From positions 1 to 52,432 of the forward strand of contig JBOEGD010000044.1 in the NCBI GenBank assembly GCA_050633245.1: DNA of 52,432 nucleotides. The letters are read 5' to 3'. This document shows, piece by piece, positions 30,209 through 39,699 of this stretch (position 1 is its first letter; each line of letters begins with the position of its first letter). Below the pieces are notes generated by a model. That model ran no database searches. It was given only the letters and a program-made list of their open reading frames with translations, and had not been told where the DNA came from. The DNA is from Calditrichia bacterium (lineage in GTDB: Bacteria; Calditrichota; Calditrichia; RBG-13-44-9; J075). The translations under genes were made by a program, and so were the position numbers.

Positions 30209-30812
30209 CCTACTACCTCTACTGTTACTTCTTGCTTGCTTTAGCGGTGGCCATGAGGCTTCTGTTAAAGAGATTGCCAAGCAAGAAGCTAACATCCTGT
30301 CTGAGGTTCCGGAAACCCTAGTCGATGCAAGTCGCTTAAAGCTACGCCGAAATGAGGGGCTGGTTTATCATGGAAACAAGCCGTTTTCCGGGTATCAGAT
30401 TAAACGCTATAACAATGGAAAACCTGCTGAGAAGGCAGGTTATTTGAATGGAAAAAAACATGGCTCTTTTGAACGCTGGGGCAAAAATGGACAACCAGCC
30501 TATCGCGCAGTGTATGAGCTTGGAAAGCGTCATGGTGAAGCACTGAGCTGGTGGAAAAATGGCCAGCTACGATCACAAACGCAATTTGTTCAGGAAAAGC
30601 CTCATGGTGAATTGCTGCAGTGGTATGAAGATGGGCAGTTATTTAAGAAGCTGACCTACCATATGGGACGTGAAGAAGGCATGCAGCAGGCCTGGCGCAA
30701 GAATGGCAAACTGTACGTAAATTATGAAGCGCGGAATGGCCGTATCTTTGGAATGAAGCGCGCAAATCTATGCTACTCGTTAAAGGAGGAGACAATTGAA
30801 CTATCTAAATAA
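30195..30812 (+). CDS. MORN2-repeat (YwqK-like) lipoprotein
   Basis: Repeats NGKKHG..W..NGQ, GKRHG..W.KNGQ, GREEG..W.KNGK; LLAC lipobox; GTG start overlaps the upstream gene. Confidence 0.8.
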   Translation: MRFNSLLPLLLLLACFSGGHEASVKEIAKQEANILSEVPETLVDASRLKLRRNEGLVYHGNKPFSGYQIKRYNNGKPAEKAGYLNGKKHGSFERWGKNGQPAYRAVYELGKRHGEALSWWKNGQLRSQTQFVQEKPHGELLQWYEDGQLFKKLTYHMGREEGMQQAWRKNGKLYVNYEARNGRIFGMKRANLCYSLKEETIELSK

Positions 30813-31620
30813 GCTTCTTCCTTTGTTCTGTCTAGGCGTTCTTTTGAGTTCTTGTGAACCCGCCCCGCAATTCACAAAACGCAGCCAATCTAATCTCGAT
30901 GCTGCAGGATATAGTGTTGTGAATCTCCCAGCTGCTTTAGCCGAATTTGATTCAACAAATATGAACATTTTTATGGATGGCGATGAAGTGGTTATCGAGT
31001 CAAACGGCCTGCCGAATCATACTTCGCCGTACTGGTCGAACACCATTGATCGATCTTTGGATGGACACGTTACTCCGGCACATGCCAGGAACCACCCGCT
31101 TTTTGTCGAGCCGACAGCTACCAGCTATGCACAGATGGCACCTGGCAATATTGATGATTTCAGAGGTATGTATACCCTACGCGTTCCGGTTAAACCCAAT
31201 CATGCGAAGCAATCTTCAGCTACGGGTCTTGGGCCAATTGGAATCGCCGTTAGCGGTGCCATGATTTATAATGATAAAGAAGGACCAAACGTTCCTTTGG
31301 AGGAAGCGGCAAGCTCGTTAGATTATAACGGAGCGCATACCGGTCCGCAAAGCTATCACTATCATCTGGAGCCGGTTGCCTGGTCTAAAGATGATGACAC
31401 ACTGATTGGCATTATGGCCGATGGCTTTTTTCTATACGGCCGACGAGAAGTGCACGGAAGCTATCCAACTGACCTTGATGCCTCCGGCGGACTTTTTGCA
31501 ACCACCCCACATAATAAAAATGGTGAGTACCACTATCATATTCAGAATGTCCGCTATTTGAATCGCTATTACCTATTGTTTCCCGGTGAGTACCAGGGAA
31601 CCCCAGCGAGCGTTCGATAA
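30796..31620 (+). CDS. YHYH-domain lipoprotein 2 (paralog of 29453-30208)
   Basis: Lipobox LSSC; same motifs as lipoprotein 1. Confidence 0.88.
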   Translation: MNYLNKLLPLFCLGVLLSSCEPAPQFTKRSQSNLDAAGYSVVNLPAALAEFDSTNMNIFMDGDEVVIESNGLPNHTSPYWSNTIDRSLDGHVTPAHARNHPLFVEPTATSYAQMAPGNIDDFRGMYTLRVPVKPNHAKQSSATGLGPIGIAVSGAMIYNDKEGPNVPLEEAASSLDYNGAHTGPQSYHYHLEPVAWSKDDDTLIGIMADGFFLYGRREVHGSYPTDLDASGGLFATTPHNKNGEYHYHIQNVRYLNRYYLLFPGEYQGTPASVR

Positions 31621-31642
31621 CCATAAATTTGAGAGCAAATAA

Positions 31643-32323
31643 ATGAAACGAATCAATCGTCTATGTATCGGGGTATTTCTTGCTGCCGTATTGATACTCA
31701 GTTCCTGTAGTAAGAACGATCAGGAAGAAAAGCAGAGTCGAGTCGAGCAACTTCCTTATTATAACTCTGCCGAGTTTACGCCGCGTTGGCTGGAGCAAGG
31801 AGATGCAACCTTAACCGATTTTCATCAGATTCCGGAATTTCAGCTGCAAAACCAGTTTGGACGTCCAGTAAGTGAGAAGTCTGTTACCGGCAAAATATTT
31901 GTCGCTGATTTTTTCTTTGCCACCTGTCCTGGAATCTGCCCAAAAATGGCCGGCAATATGTTGATTGTGCAGGAGGCGTTCAAACATGATGATCAGATTT
32001 TGCTACTCTCACATTCGGTTACTCCCGAGCAGGATAGCGTTGCTGCGTTAAAAGCATATGGCGATAGAAATAACTGTCTACCGGGGAAGTGGCATTTACT
32101 GACCGGAGATCGCGAGCAAATCTACTCGCTTGGGCGAAAAGCATATTTTGTGGAAGAGGATATGGGATTGAAGAAGTCTGAAGATGACTTTCTGCATTCT
32201 GAGAACTTTCTCCTCGTCGATCAAAACCGCCGCCTGCGCGGAATATATAATGGCCTCAACAAGACCGATATTCAGCAGCTGATCGCTGATATTCATACGT
32301 TAAAGAAGGAAAGCCTTAACTAG
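31643..32323 (+). CDS. SCO1/SenC copper chaperone lipoprotein
   Basis: FFFATCPGICP (CxxxC), conserved His in FLHSENF, WHLLTG. Confidence 0.93.
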   Translation: MKRINRLCIGVFLAAVLILSSCSKNDQEEKQSRVEQLPYYNSAEFTPRWLEQGDATLTDFHQIPEFQLQNQFGRPVSEKSVTGKIFVADFFFATCPGICPKMAGNMLIVQEAFKHDDQILLLSHSVTPEQDSVAALKAYGDRNNCLPGKWHLLTGDREQIYSLGRKAYFVEEDMGLKKSEDDFLHSENFLLVDQNRRLRGIYNGLNKTDIQQLIADIHTLKKESLN

Positions 32324-32340
32324 CAGTGTGGTTTGCAGCA

Positions 32341-32367
32341 TGTAACAATTCTCCTTTGAAATTCGTA
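32341..32367 (+). promoter_or_regulatory. Possible ECF-type promoter
   Basis: TGTAAC-N17-CGTA upstream of the PH-domain gene. Confidence 0.4.
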
Positions 32368-32387
32368 TATCATTTGCAGAGACGATA

Positions 32388-32843
32388 ATGAGAGGAGATA
32401 AAGTGACTGTCTATAAATCGAAAATTGGTTGGGGAATTGTTGCTGCTATCGTGGCCAGCTTTGGAATTCCCGGATATTTTCTTATTCAGGATTTCAGCTG
32501 GATAACAACCTTAATTTTAGTAGTCACAGCCGGTGCTATTTTCTACTTTTTTACGCGCATACGCTATGAGGTTAATGATGCAGAATTGAAGGTCTATGGA
32601 GATTTAATCTCATCTGCCCCGATAGACATTTCATCGATTCGCTCTATCAAGGAAACAAATAACCCGATTGCTTCTCCGGCGGCATCGCTAGATCGTCTGG
32701 AAATAACACATGGTAAATTCGCGTCGAAGGTTCTTGTCTCGCCTAAAGATAAAGCCGGATTTATCAAGCATATTCTTTCCATCAACCCGAATGTCAATGT
32801 TGTTTACAGAACGAAAGCCAGACCATCCCAAGTAGATACCTAG
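32388..32843 (+). CDS. Bacterial PH-domain membrane protein (bPH_5-like)
   Basis: YKSKIG, two TM helices, SPAASLDRLEI, VSPKDK. Confidence 0.8.
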   Translation: MRGDKVTVYKSKIGWGIVAAIVASFGIPGYFLIQDFSWITTLILVVTAGAIFYFFTRIRYEVNDAELKVYGDLISSAPIDISSIRSIKETNNPIASPAASLDRLEITHGKFASKVLVSPKDKAGFIKHILSINPNVNVVYRTKARPSQVDT

Positions 32844-32964
32844 CGAAATAAGTATCTATCCATAATTATTTTATGCACCTTTTTTCACAAAGCTTGATCT
32901 CAACCTATTCTTTTACCATGTTTAGATAATTGCTGTTGCTGTCTTACAAGCTGGCAGGTGAAAC

Positions 32965-34284
32965 ATGGCTTCTTTTAATATCCCCGACGGTTATGGTTTT
33001 TGGCATACATTGCGCGATTCGCAAGAGCTGGTACACAGTCCTATTCAGGTTATGGAACGCAGCCTTCAGCGATTTGGTGATACCTATTCCGCTCCTATTG
33101 GGCCGAAACGTCACATGATTCTTACTCGTGATGCAGATTTTATCGCATACGTATTACAAAAGAATCATCGCAATTACGCCAAATCCGAAATCCATACAGA
33201 CATTCTCAGCCACTTTCTAGGCAATGGCTTACTCACTTCGAATGGTGATTTCTGGCTGCGGCAGCGCAGGCTGATTCAACCGGGATTTCACGTGCAGAAG
33301 ATTGTAGCGTTATACGGTTTGATCGAGCAGGCTGTCGAACATTGCCTCGCAAATTTCCCTTCCGGTTCGGAAGTGGATATCTATCCGCACATAAATCAGC
33401 TCGCGTTTGAAGTGGTCGTACGCTCACTGTTTAATGTGGATATTCCCTCAGCGACGCTTGTTGAGTTAAGCGCAATTATCAGTGATGTTCAGAATTATGT
33501 GGTACGTGAAGTTCGCCAGCCGTTAAAGCGGCCATGGTTAAGATTGAGTGGGCAACGCGGTCGCGAGCTAAACAAAGCGCGACAGAGCCGTGAAATCATT
33601 AGAAGCATTATTCAGGATCGAGTAAAGAGCGGCACCAGCCGTGGTGATTTACTCGACATGATGCTTGAGGCACGCTATGAAGATAGCGGTGAGCCGATGG
33701 AAGAAGAACAGCTGATTGATGAGTTAATGATCTTGGTGATCGCCGGACACGAAACCACCGCTAATGGTCTTGCCTGGATGTTGCACCTTCTTGCAAATAA
33801 TCCTGTCAACTTTGAAGAATTAGAGAAAAAATGGTCTCTATCTATAGAAGAGGCCGTTCGCGATCCCTTTTTGAATGCTGTGGTTAAGGAAAGCATGCGT
33901 CTATATCCACCGGCATGGATAAGCGATCGTTTGACGTTAAATGATGATGAATTTGGTGAGTATTCCTATCCTGAAAACTCACTAATTGTTACGTTCCTCT
34001 ACGGTCTTCATCGCCATCCGGAATATTGGCCGGAGGCTGAAGCGTTTAAACCAGAGCGATTTTTGCCAGAGAATACGACGGAATCGGTGAAGAAAGCATA
34101 CTATCCTTTTGGAGCCGGGCCGAGAATGTGTATTGGAAATAACTTTGCTCTCGCTGAAATGGTTCTTTTCCTGCAGCGTTTTACAAAAAAGTTTCACATA
34201 ACGAAAACAACTCATACTCCAAAAGCAATGGCATTGGTTACGCTGCGCCCAGACCAGGTTGTATTAAACGTGAAGAGGAGGTAA
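32965..34284 (+). CDS. Cytochrome P450
   Basis: AGHETT, ESMR (ExxR), FKPERF, FGAGPRMCIG heme motif. Confidence 0.97.
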   Translation: MASFNIPDGYGFWHTLRDSQELVHSPIQVMERSLQRFGDTYSAPIGPKRHMILTRDADFIAYVLQKNHRNYAKSEIHTDILSHFLGNGLLTSNGDFWLRQRRLIQPGFHVQKIVALYGLIEQAVEHCLANFPSGSEVDIYPHINQLAFEVVVRSLFNVDIPSATLVELSAIISDVQNYVVREVRQPLKRPWLRLSGQRGRELNKARQSREIIRSIIQDRVKSGTSRGDLLDMMLEARYEDSGEPMEEEQLIDELMILVIAGHETTANGLAWMLHLLANNPVNFEELEKKWSLSIEEAVRDPFLNAVVKESMRLYPPAWISDRLTLNDDEFGEYSYPENSLIVTFLYGLHRHPEYWPEAEAFKPERFLPENTTESVKKAYYPFGAGPRMCIGNNFALAEMVLFLQRFTKKFHITKTTHTPKAMALVTLRPDQVVLNVKRR

Positions 34285-34285
34285 T

Positions 34286-34747
34286 ATGGGAATCGCTAAG
34301 CTAATAGCAAAAATGAAAGAAGTTGCTTTCGAACAGCCTTGGTATGGTGAATCCGCCGAAGCGGTTTTGCGAGTACTGGAGAATCCGAACGCCGGTTTGC
34401 CGGGTGGAAATACCGTTGGGCAAATTCTTGAGCACACCAATCAATGGTGTCGCTTTACGCTGGAACGAGCGCGCGGGAATAATAATTTTGATGTAGAGCT
34501 TGGTTCACTGAATGACTGGAATCGCGGTAAACGGTATAGCAATGAGGAGTTTGAGGTATTGAAGAAAGACTTCTTTCAGCTCCATGCCGAATTGCTCGAT
34601 GTGTTAAAAGATAAAGATGACCAATGGCTGAACCAACAAGTGCATGGAAAACCATATACATTAGGCAGGATTGTGGAAGGAATCATTGATCATGACATCG
34701 CACATTTAGCGCAGATGAGTTTGCTGAGGCGCTTGAAAATGGCTTAA
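34286..34747 (+). CDS. DinB-family protein
   Basis: PWYG, ILEH, HDIAHLAQ histidine pattern. Confidence 0.8.
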   Translation: MGIAKLIAKMKEVAFEQPWYGESAEAVLRVLENPNAGLPGGNTVGQILEHTNQWCRFTLERARGNNNFDVELGSLNDWNRGKRYSNEEFEVLKKDFFQLHAELLDVLKDKDDQWLNQQVHGKPYTLGRIVEGIIDHDIAHLAQMSLLRRLKMA

Positions 34748-34751
34748 AAGG

Positions 34752-34783
34752 AAAGAGCCGCATTTCAAAAAATGCGGCTCTTT
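34752..34783. terminator. Bidirectional terminator
   Basis: AAAGAGCCGCATTT-caaa-AAATGCGGCTCTTT between convergent genes. Confidence 0.85.
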
Positions 34784-34788
34784 AAAGC

Positions 34789-36471
34789 TTATTCCCAAAT
34801 GACATTCTCTTTACTGTCATGCCAGGCAGATAATTTAGATCGATAGTGATCCATCACTGCACTCCGTCGAACTTTTAGCGTTGGAGTCATTAGGCTATTT
34901 TCAACATCCCATTCTTCTGAAACCACCACCAGCGATGCCAGTTTCTCATAAGGTTGAAGCTCGGAGTTTGCCTGTTTTAAATTCTCTTCCATACGCTTTG
35001 TAACAGCAGCTTTATCAGCTGTCTTTCCAATTTCGGAAAGTACTCCCAGAATAATTGGCTGCGTTAATCCAATTCCAACCACGCAAACCTGTTCTAACAT
35101 CTCATTCTGATTAAAATGATCTTCGATGTTCGTCGGGATGATGAACTCGCCTTTGGTGGTTTTAAACGTATCACCGACGCGACCGATGATGCGAATAAAG
35201 CCTTTCTCATCTATTTCACCCTTGTCGCCGGTATGAAACCAGCCATCTTGGAGAACTTTCTCCGAAAGCTCAGGAGCCTTGTAGTAGCCCTGCATTATCC
35301 ACGGCTGCTTAATTTGCAGCTCACCGGTCTCGGGATCGATACGTCCTTCACTAAAACCTAGTGGCTTACCAACAGAATTCGGTTGATACTCATGCTCCGG
35401 CATTGCACAGAAACTTCCCATATTTTCGGTTAGGCCATATGCTTCGCGGAGGTTGACGCCCAGTTTACGATACCACTGTTTTAGGGGCTCCGGCGTAAGT
35501 GCGGCACCGGTCAGTGCCGTTTTTACATTTTGCAGTCCGAGTCCTTTTAATATTTTCTTTTTAACTAAACCGCCGATTATCGGAATTCCCAAAAGTTTAT
35601 CCATTTTTTCTTGCGGCATTTTTGCCAATACGCCCAGATGAAACTTTGTCCAGATTCGCGGCACTGCAAAGAAGACGCTAGGACTGGTGTCTTTGAGATT
35701 TTTCACGAATGAGTCGAGTGTCTCGGCAAATGAAACGGAGCCACCGCTAAGCATGCAGCCGATTTCGATAACGACGCGCTCAGCAATATGATTCAGCGGT
35801 AAAAATGAGAAAAACTTCTGGTCATTAGAGCCTGTCAGCGAAAAGTCGTTATTGATTTCCTGATTGCGCATAACGTAGGCACTGCTGCTGAAGTTATGCA
35901 TAACGCCTTTTGGAGTACCGGTCGTGCCGCTGGTAAACAGTATTGTCCATAGAGAATTCAGGTCTGGTACATAACTGTCTTCAATTGGCTCATTATTGGC
36001 AATCAGGTCGTCCCATGGAGTACCGATAGACACCTTTGCATTTCCTTCAAAGTGAGGAAAACGCAGCACCTTAATGTCTTTGAGAACATCGTCTTTTTGC
36101 TCATCCCAATGATCGAGTTTACCAACAAAAATTGTTTCGACGTCTCCGAGCCTAACGACTTCACCTAATTGATCGGCAGTAAGATTGGCATAGAAGGGAA
36201 CTGAAATATAGCCTGCCATAATAATGGCAAAGTCGGCGATTATCCAATGAGCACAGTTTTTGGAAATTAGCCCTATATGACTGCCTTTCGGTAAACCGGT
36301 TTTTTGAAGCGCAGTTGCCATGCGACGGATATCTTTCCCGGCTTGCGCATAGGTCCACTCTTTCCAGGTATCGCCATAAGGTTGACGCAGAAAAACATTG
36401 TTCGGCGTTTCCTTTTCCCACTTATAAAAATATTCTATAATCGACCGTAGGTCGGTGTTGATATCAGACAT
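34789..36471 (-). CDS. AMP-dependent long-chain acyl-CoA synthetase
   Basis: FTSGTTGTPKG, FLPLNHIAER, YGLTE, HTGDKG, TPTLKVRR. Confidence 0.92.
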   Translation of the reverse strand: MSDINTDLRSIIEYFYKWEKETPNNVFLRQPYGDTWKEWTYAQAGKDIRRMATALQKTGLPKGSHIGLISKNCAHWIIADFAIIMAGYISVPFYANLTADQLGEVVRLGDVETIFVGKLDHWDEQKDDVLKDIKVLRFPHFEGNAKVSIGTPWDDLIANNEPIEDSYVPDLNSLWTILFTSGTTGTPKGVMHNFSSSAYVMRNQEINNDFSLTGSNDQKFFSFLPLNHIAERVVIEIGCMLSGGSVSFAETLDSFVKNLKDTSPSVFFAVPRIWTKFHLGVLAKMPQEKMDKLLGIPIIGGLVKKKILKGLGLQNVKTALTGAALTPEPLKQWYRKLGVNLREAYGLTENMGSFCAMPEHEYQPNSVGKPLGFSEGRIDPETGELQIKQPWIMQGYYKAPELSEKVLQDGWFHTGDKGEIDEKGFIRIIGRVGDTFKTTKGEFIIPTNIEDHFNQNEMLEQVCVVGIGLTQPIILGVLSEIGKTADKAAVTKRMEENLKQANSELQPYEKLASLVVVSEEWDVENSLMTPTLKVRRSAVMDHYRSKLSAWHDSKENVIWE

Positions 36472-36650
36472 GGACCACCTCCATTTTGATATTGATTTTA
36501 AACAAGATATAGAACGGACTGTAAATAGGCAAGCAGGTACGCGCAGGTGTGTCGATAAATAGAGCTATGAGCAGCTTTTATGTATCTGCATTCTATGTCG
36601 CTCGGATGATATTCTTCCAGTATTGCCAAAGAGTCACATTTTTGTAACCG

Positions 36651-37133
36651 CTATCCGCCGAAAAGGAGTGATTGAATATCTCTTTTGGGATAGATGTAAT
36701 TCTTCTCGCTATAGGGAATCGTTACTTCAAAATCCTTGGCTTTGAACGTATACTTACTGCGCATTTCAACCATGCAACTGTCCATGCCCATAAGTGTTTT
36801 TGCCTGCGATAGGAATTTCTTTACCTGCAACTCCTGCGACATGTTGAATTTGGACTCGCCATTTGCCTTAATGGCAATGTCTTTATCGCTCGTGGCGGTA
36901 CCAAAGTGTTTATCGTCGAAATAAATTTCCGTTTCAACATGGTTAATCCAAAACGGAATGCTGTTTGGATTATTAATTACCGGACTAAACTGAACAGTCA
37001 ACTTATTATTGAATGGATTGTAGCCCACCAGCTTGAAATCCGTAATCTCTACAATCTCCGGTCTGCCGACATTGCAGGAAAAAAGCAATACAAAAAGGAA
37101 CGTTAAAGAAAGCGTTAGCATATTTTTAAACAT
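36651..37133 (-). CDS. LEA_2/WHy-like lipoprotein
   Basis: Lipobox LFSC; INNPN motif, beta-rich. Confidence 0.65.
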   Translation of the reverse strand: MFKNMLTLSLTFLFVLLFSCNVGRPEIVEITDFKLVGYNPFNNKLTVQFSPVINNPNSIPFWINHVETEIYFDDKHFGTATSDKDIAIKANGESKFNMSQELQVKKFLSQAKTLMGMDSCMVEMRSKYTFKAKDFEVTIPYSEKNYIYPKRDIQSLLFGG

Positions 37134-37163
37134 AGTTGCCTCGTTTTTTTAGGAATATAGCCG

Positions 37164-38618
37164 TTATTCTATTCCCATGCACATAAATTTGATTTCCAGA
37201 TAATCATCCAAGCCATACATGGAGCCTTCGCGCCCCAAACCGGACTCTTTTATGCCACCAAAAGGCGCCACGGCGGTCGAGATCATCCCGGTATTGATAC
37301 CAACCATTCCATATTCCAGCGCTTCGGAAACACGCCAGGCACGCCCGATGTCTTTTGTATAGAAATATGATGCGAGTCCGAACTGTGTGTTGTTTGCTTG
37401 TTCAATAACCTCTTCCTCGCCAGAGAATCGAAATATCGGTGCAACAGGCCCGAAGGTTTCCTCTCTGGATAAGCGTGCCTGATGCGGAACGTTTGTTAAA
37501 ACGGTGGGTTGAAAAAAGGTGCCTCCAAGAGAATGGCGTTGCCCTCCCAAAGCAAGCGTCGCTCCTTTTTCCAAAGCATCGGCGACCAGCATTTCCACTT
37601 TTTCCAAAGCCGCCGTATTGATGAGAGGACCAATTACGGTATTCTCATGCAACCCATTTCCGAGAGAAAGGTTTTTAACAGCTTCGCCGTATTTGTGGGA
37701 AAATTCATCGTACACGGCATCTTGTACATAAATTCGATTTGCGCAGACGCAGGTTTGTCCTGCGTTACGAAATTTGCTGGCGATTGCCCCCTTGACGGCT
37801 TCATCAATATTGGCATCGTCGAATACTATAAAAGGGGCATTTCCACCGAGTTCAAGAGAGACCTTTTTGATAGTGTCTGCGCTTTGCTTCAGCAGCAGTT
37901 TGCCAATTTTAGTTGAACCGGTGAACGATAATTTCCGTACGAGCGAACTTGTTGTAAGCTCATGCCCTACCTCTGAAGCCTTCAGCGTTGGAATAACATT
38001 AAACACGCCTTTGGGCAAACCGGCTTGCTCGCCGAGTTTGGCAAGTGCCAGGCCGGAAAGTGGCGTTTCCTCCGATGGTTTCCAGATCATTGTGCAGCCA
38101 GCCGCAAGTGCTGCCGGGAGTTTTTTGGCAACCATGGCCAGCGGGAAGTTCCACGGTGTAATTGCCGCGACAACCCCGACCGGCTGTTTGATAACCATGT
38201 TGCGTAAATGTGGCTGATGCGTTGGAATAATGTCTCCGTAAATGCGTTTTGCTTCTTCTGCATACCATCGAAAAAAGGCGATGCTGTAGTTGATCTCACC
38301 GCGAGCTTCGATAAGCGGCTTACCCTGTTCGCACGTCATAATTACTGCGAGATCTTCTTTGTGCTCAGCCAATAAGTCTGCCCAGCGATTAAGAATGGCT
38401 GCTCGCTCTGCTGAAGTTGTATGCTTCCAACTTTTAAATGCCTCTGATGCTGCATCAATTGCTTTCCGCGTTTCCGATGCGCCCATATCGGCGACATCTG
38501 CGAGATGCTCTCCGGTTGCCGGATTATGGACCGCAAACGTTTGACAACTTTTGGACTGCTGCCAATTGCCGTTTATGTAGCCATCCCTTTTTAGCAGCAT
38601 TCGATTCTTTAAGTTCAA
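37164..38618 (-). CDS. gabD: NAD(P)-dependent succinate-semialdehyde dehydrogenase
   Basis: ITPWNFP, FTGST, LELGGNAP, FRNAGQTCVC, EETFGP, FGGIKESG. Confidence 0.92.
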   Translation of the reverse strand: MNLKNRMLLKRDGYINGNWQQSKSCQTFAVHNPATGEHLADVADMGASETRKAIDAASEAFKSWKHTTSAERAAILNRWADLLAEHKEDLAVIMTCEQGKPLIEARGEINYSIAFFRWYAEEAKRIYGDIIPTHQPHLRNMVIKQPVGVVAAITPWNFPLAMVAKKLPAALAAGCTMIWKPSEETPLSGLALAKLGEQAGLPKGVFNVIPTLKASEVGHELTTSSLVRKLSFTGSTKIGKLLLKQSADTIKKVSLELGGNAPFIVFDDANIDEAVKGAIASKFRNAGQTCVCANRIYVQDAVYDEFSHKYGEAVKNLSLGNGLHENTVIGPLINTAALEKVEMLVADALEKGATLALGGQRHSLGGTFFQPTVLTNVPHQARLSREETFGPVAPIFRFSGEEEVIEQANNTQFGLASYFYTKDIGRAWRVSEALEYGMVGINTGMISTAVAPFGGIKESGLGREGSMYGLDDYLEIKFMCMGIE

Positions 38619-38672
38619 AGTCTGTCTCCGAAATTGGAATAATTTTTTTCAAAAAATGTGCAAAAAATTCGA

Positions 38673-38741
38673 ATAGATAGTACAGCGAACGTGTTTGGAG
38701 ATAATATAAGACTGCTCCATTCTGACAATGCTCCAGTCTGG
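38673..38741. repeat. TGGAGCA palindromic repeat element, copy 3 (module A with extended flank)
   Basis: ACTGCTCCATTCTGACAATGCTCCAGTCTGG (38711-38741), exact reverse complement of 50360-50390; flank similarity extends about 40 bp further. Confidence 0.9.
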
Positions 38742-38752
38742 TCTCAAAAAAA

Positions 38753-39634
38753 TCATTTTCTCAGCACAATTTGCTTAATTTCTCTCAACACCTTTTTCGC
38801 TTCCGGAATTGGAAATAGCATCCAAACGTGGAACATATCGTCGTATTCACGATAGTCTATTTCTACTCCCTGCTTTGCTGCATTGCGAACAGCCTGCCGG
38901 GTATCCGGCATCAGGATATCGCCGGTGCCCATAAAGAAATGAATTGGAGGAAGCCCTCGAAAGTCTGCATGGACAGGCGAAAGTAGCGGATTATTTAGAG
39001 CTTCATTGCCTGCATATGCCTTCCCGGCTTGAATGAGGTATTTTTCGTCCAGAAAGAAATCCTTTGCTGCGATGGCTTCGATCTCTTCATTGCACATTGT
39101 AAGATCCATCCATGGAGATAGACCAATTACTCTTTCCGGTAGTCGTAGCCCGGCATCGCGAAGCATTTGTACAATGGCTAATGACATGCCTGCACCGGCC
39201 GAATCTCCCATTACAGTAATTCTCGCTCCACCGTCCGCAAAAAGAGTATTGTATGCTGCCAGAGTATCGTGCAACGTCTCTCTGGCCTGTTGTTTGGGAG
39301 CCAGAGGATAATCGTACATCGAAACAGTGCACTTTAGCTTTTTTATAAGTTGGTCTACAAAATACCAGTGCGCTGCGCTAATTCCGGCAATATATCCGCC
39401 TCCATGCAAATAGAATACGTGGTGCTTGTGAGCAGAATGTCTGGGTGAAACTGTAAATAGCTTTCTCCGATTTACGTCTACTTCAGAAACAATATATTTG
39501 TTTGTTAAGCGCTTTGGAGGTCTCGGGGCATTGAAGGTACCGCCAATTTCACCGGTTTCTCGATTTTTGCGACGATATAGCGGGATAATATGCTTGACTA
39601 ATATGCGATAGAAAAAAGGACGGATTCCGGGCAT
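38753..39634 (-). CDS. Hormone-sensitive-lipase family esterase
   Basis: HGGG, GDSAG, LSPWMD, MFHVW. Confidence 0.92.
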   Translation of the reverse strand: MPGIRPFFYRILVKHIIPLYRRKNRETGEIGGTFNAPRPPKRLTNKYIVSEVDVNRRKLFTVSPRHSAHKHHVFYLHGGGYIAGISAAHWYFVDQLIKKLKCTVSMYDYPLAPKQQARETLHDTLAAYNTLFADGGARITVMGDSAGAGMSLAIVQMLRDAGLRLPERVIGLSPWMDLTMCNEEIEAIAAKDFFLDEKYLIQAGKAYAGNEALNNPLLSPVHADFRGLPPIHFFMGTGDILMPDTRQAVRNAAKQGVEIDYREYDDMFHVWMLFPIPEAKKVLREIKQIVLRK

Positions 39635-39660
39635 CTATTGCTCACGTTTTTAAAAGATAG

Positions 39661-39693
39661 AGGCAATAAGGCAATAAGGCAATAAGGCAATAA
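39661..39693. repeat. Tandem 8-mer (AGGCAATA)x4
   Basis: Same unit and orientation as 7521-7578. Confidence 0.9.
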
Positions 39694-39699
39694 AGGTAC

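Noticed and set aside
30195-30812. YwqK-type antitoxin of a toxin-antitoxin system
   Set aside because: No toxin neighbour; it is a MORN2-repeat lipoprotein inside the YHYH/SCO operon
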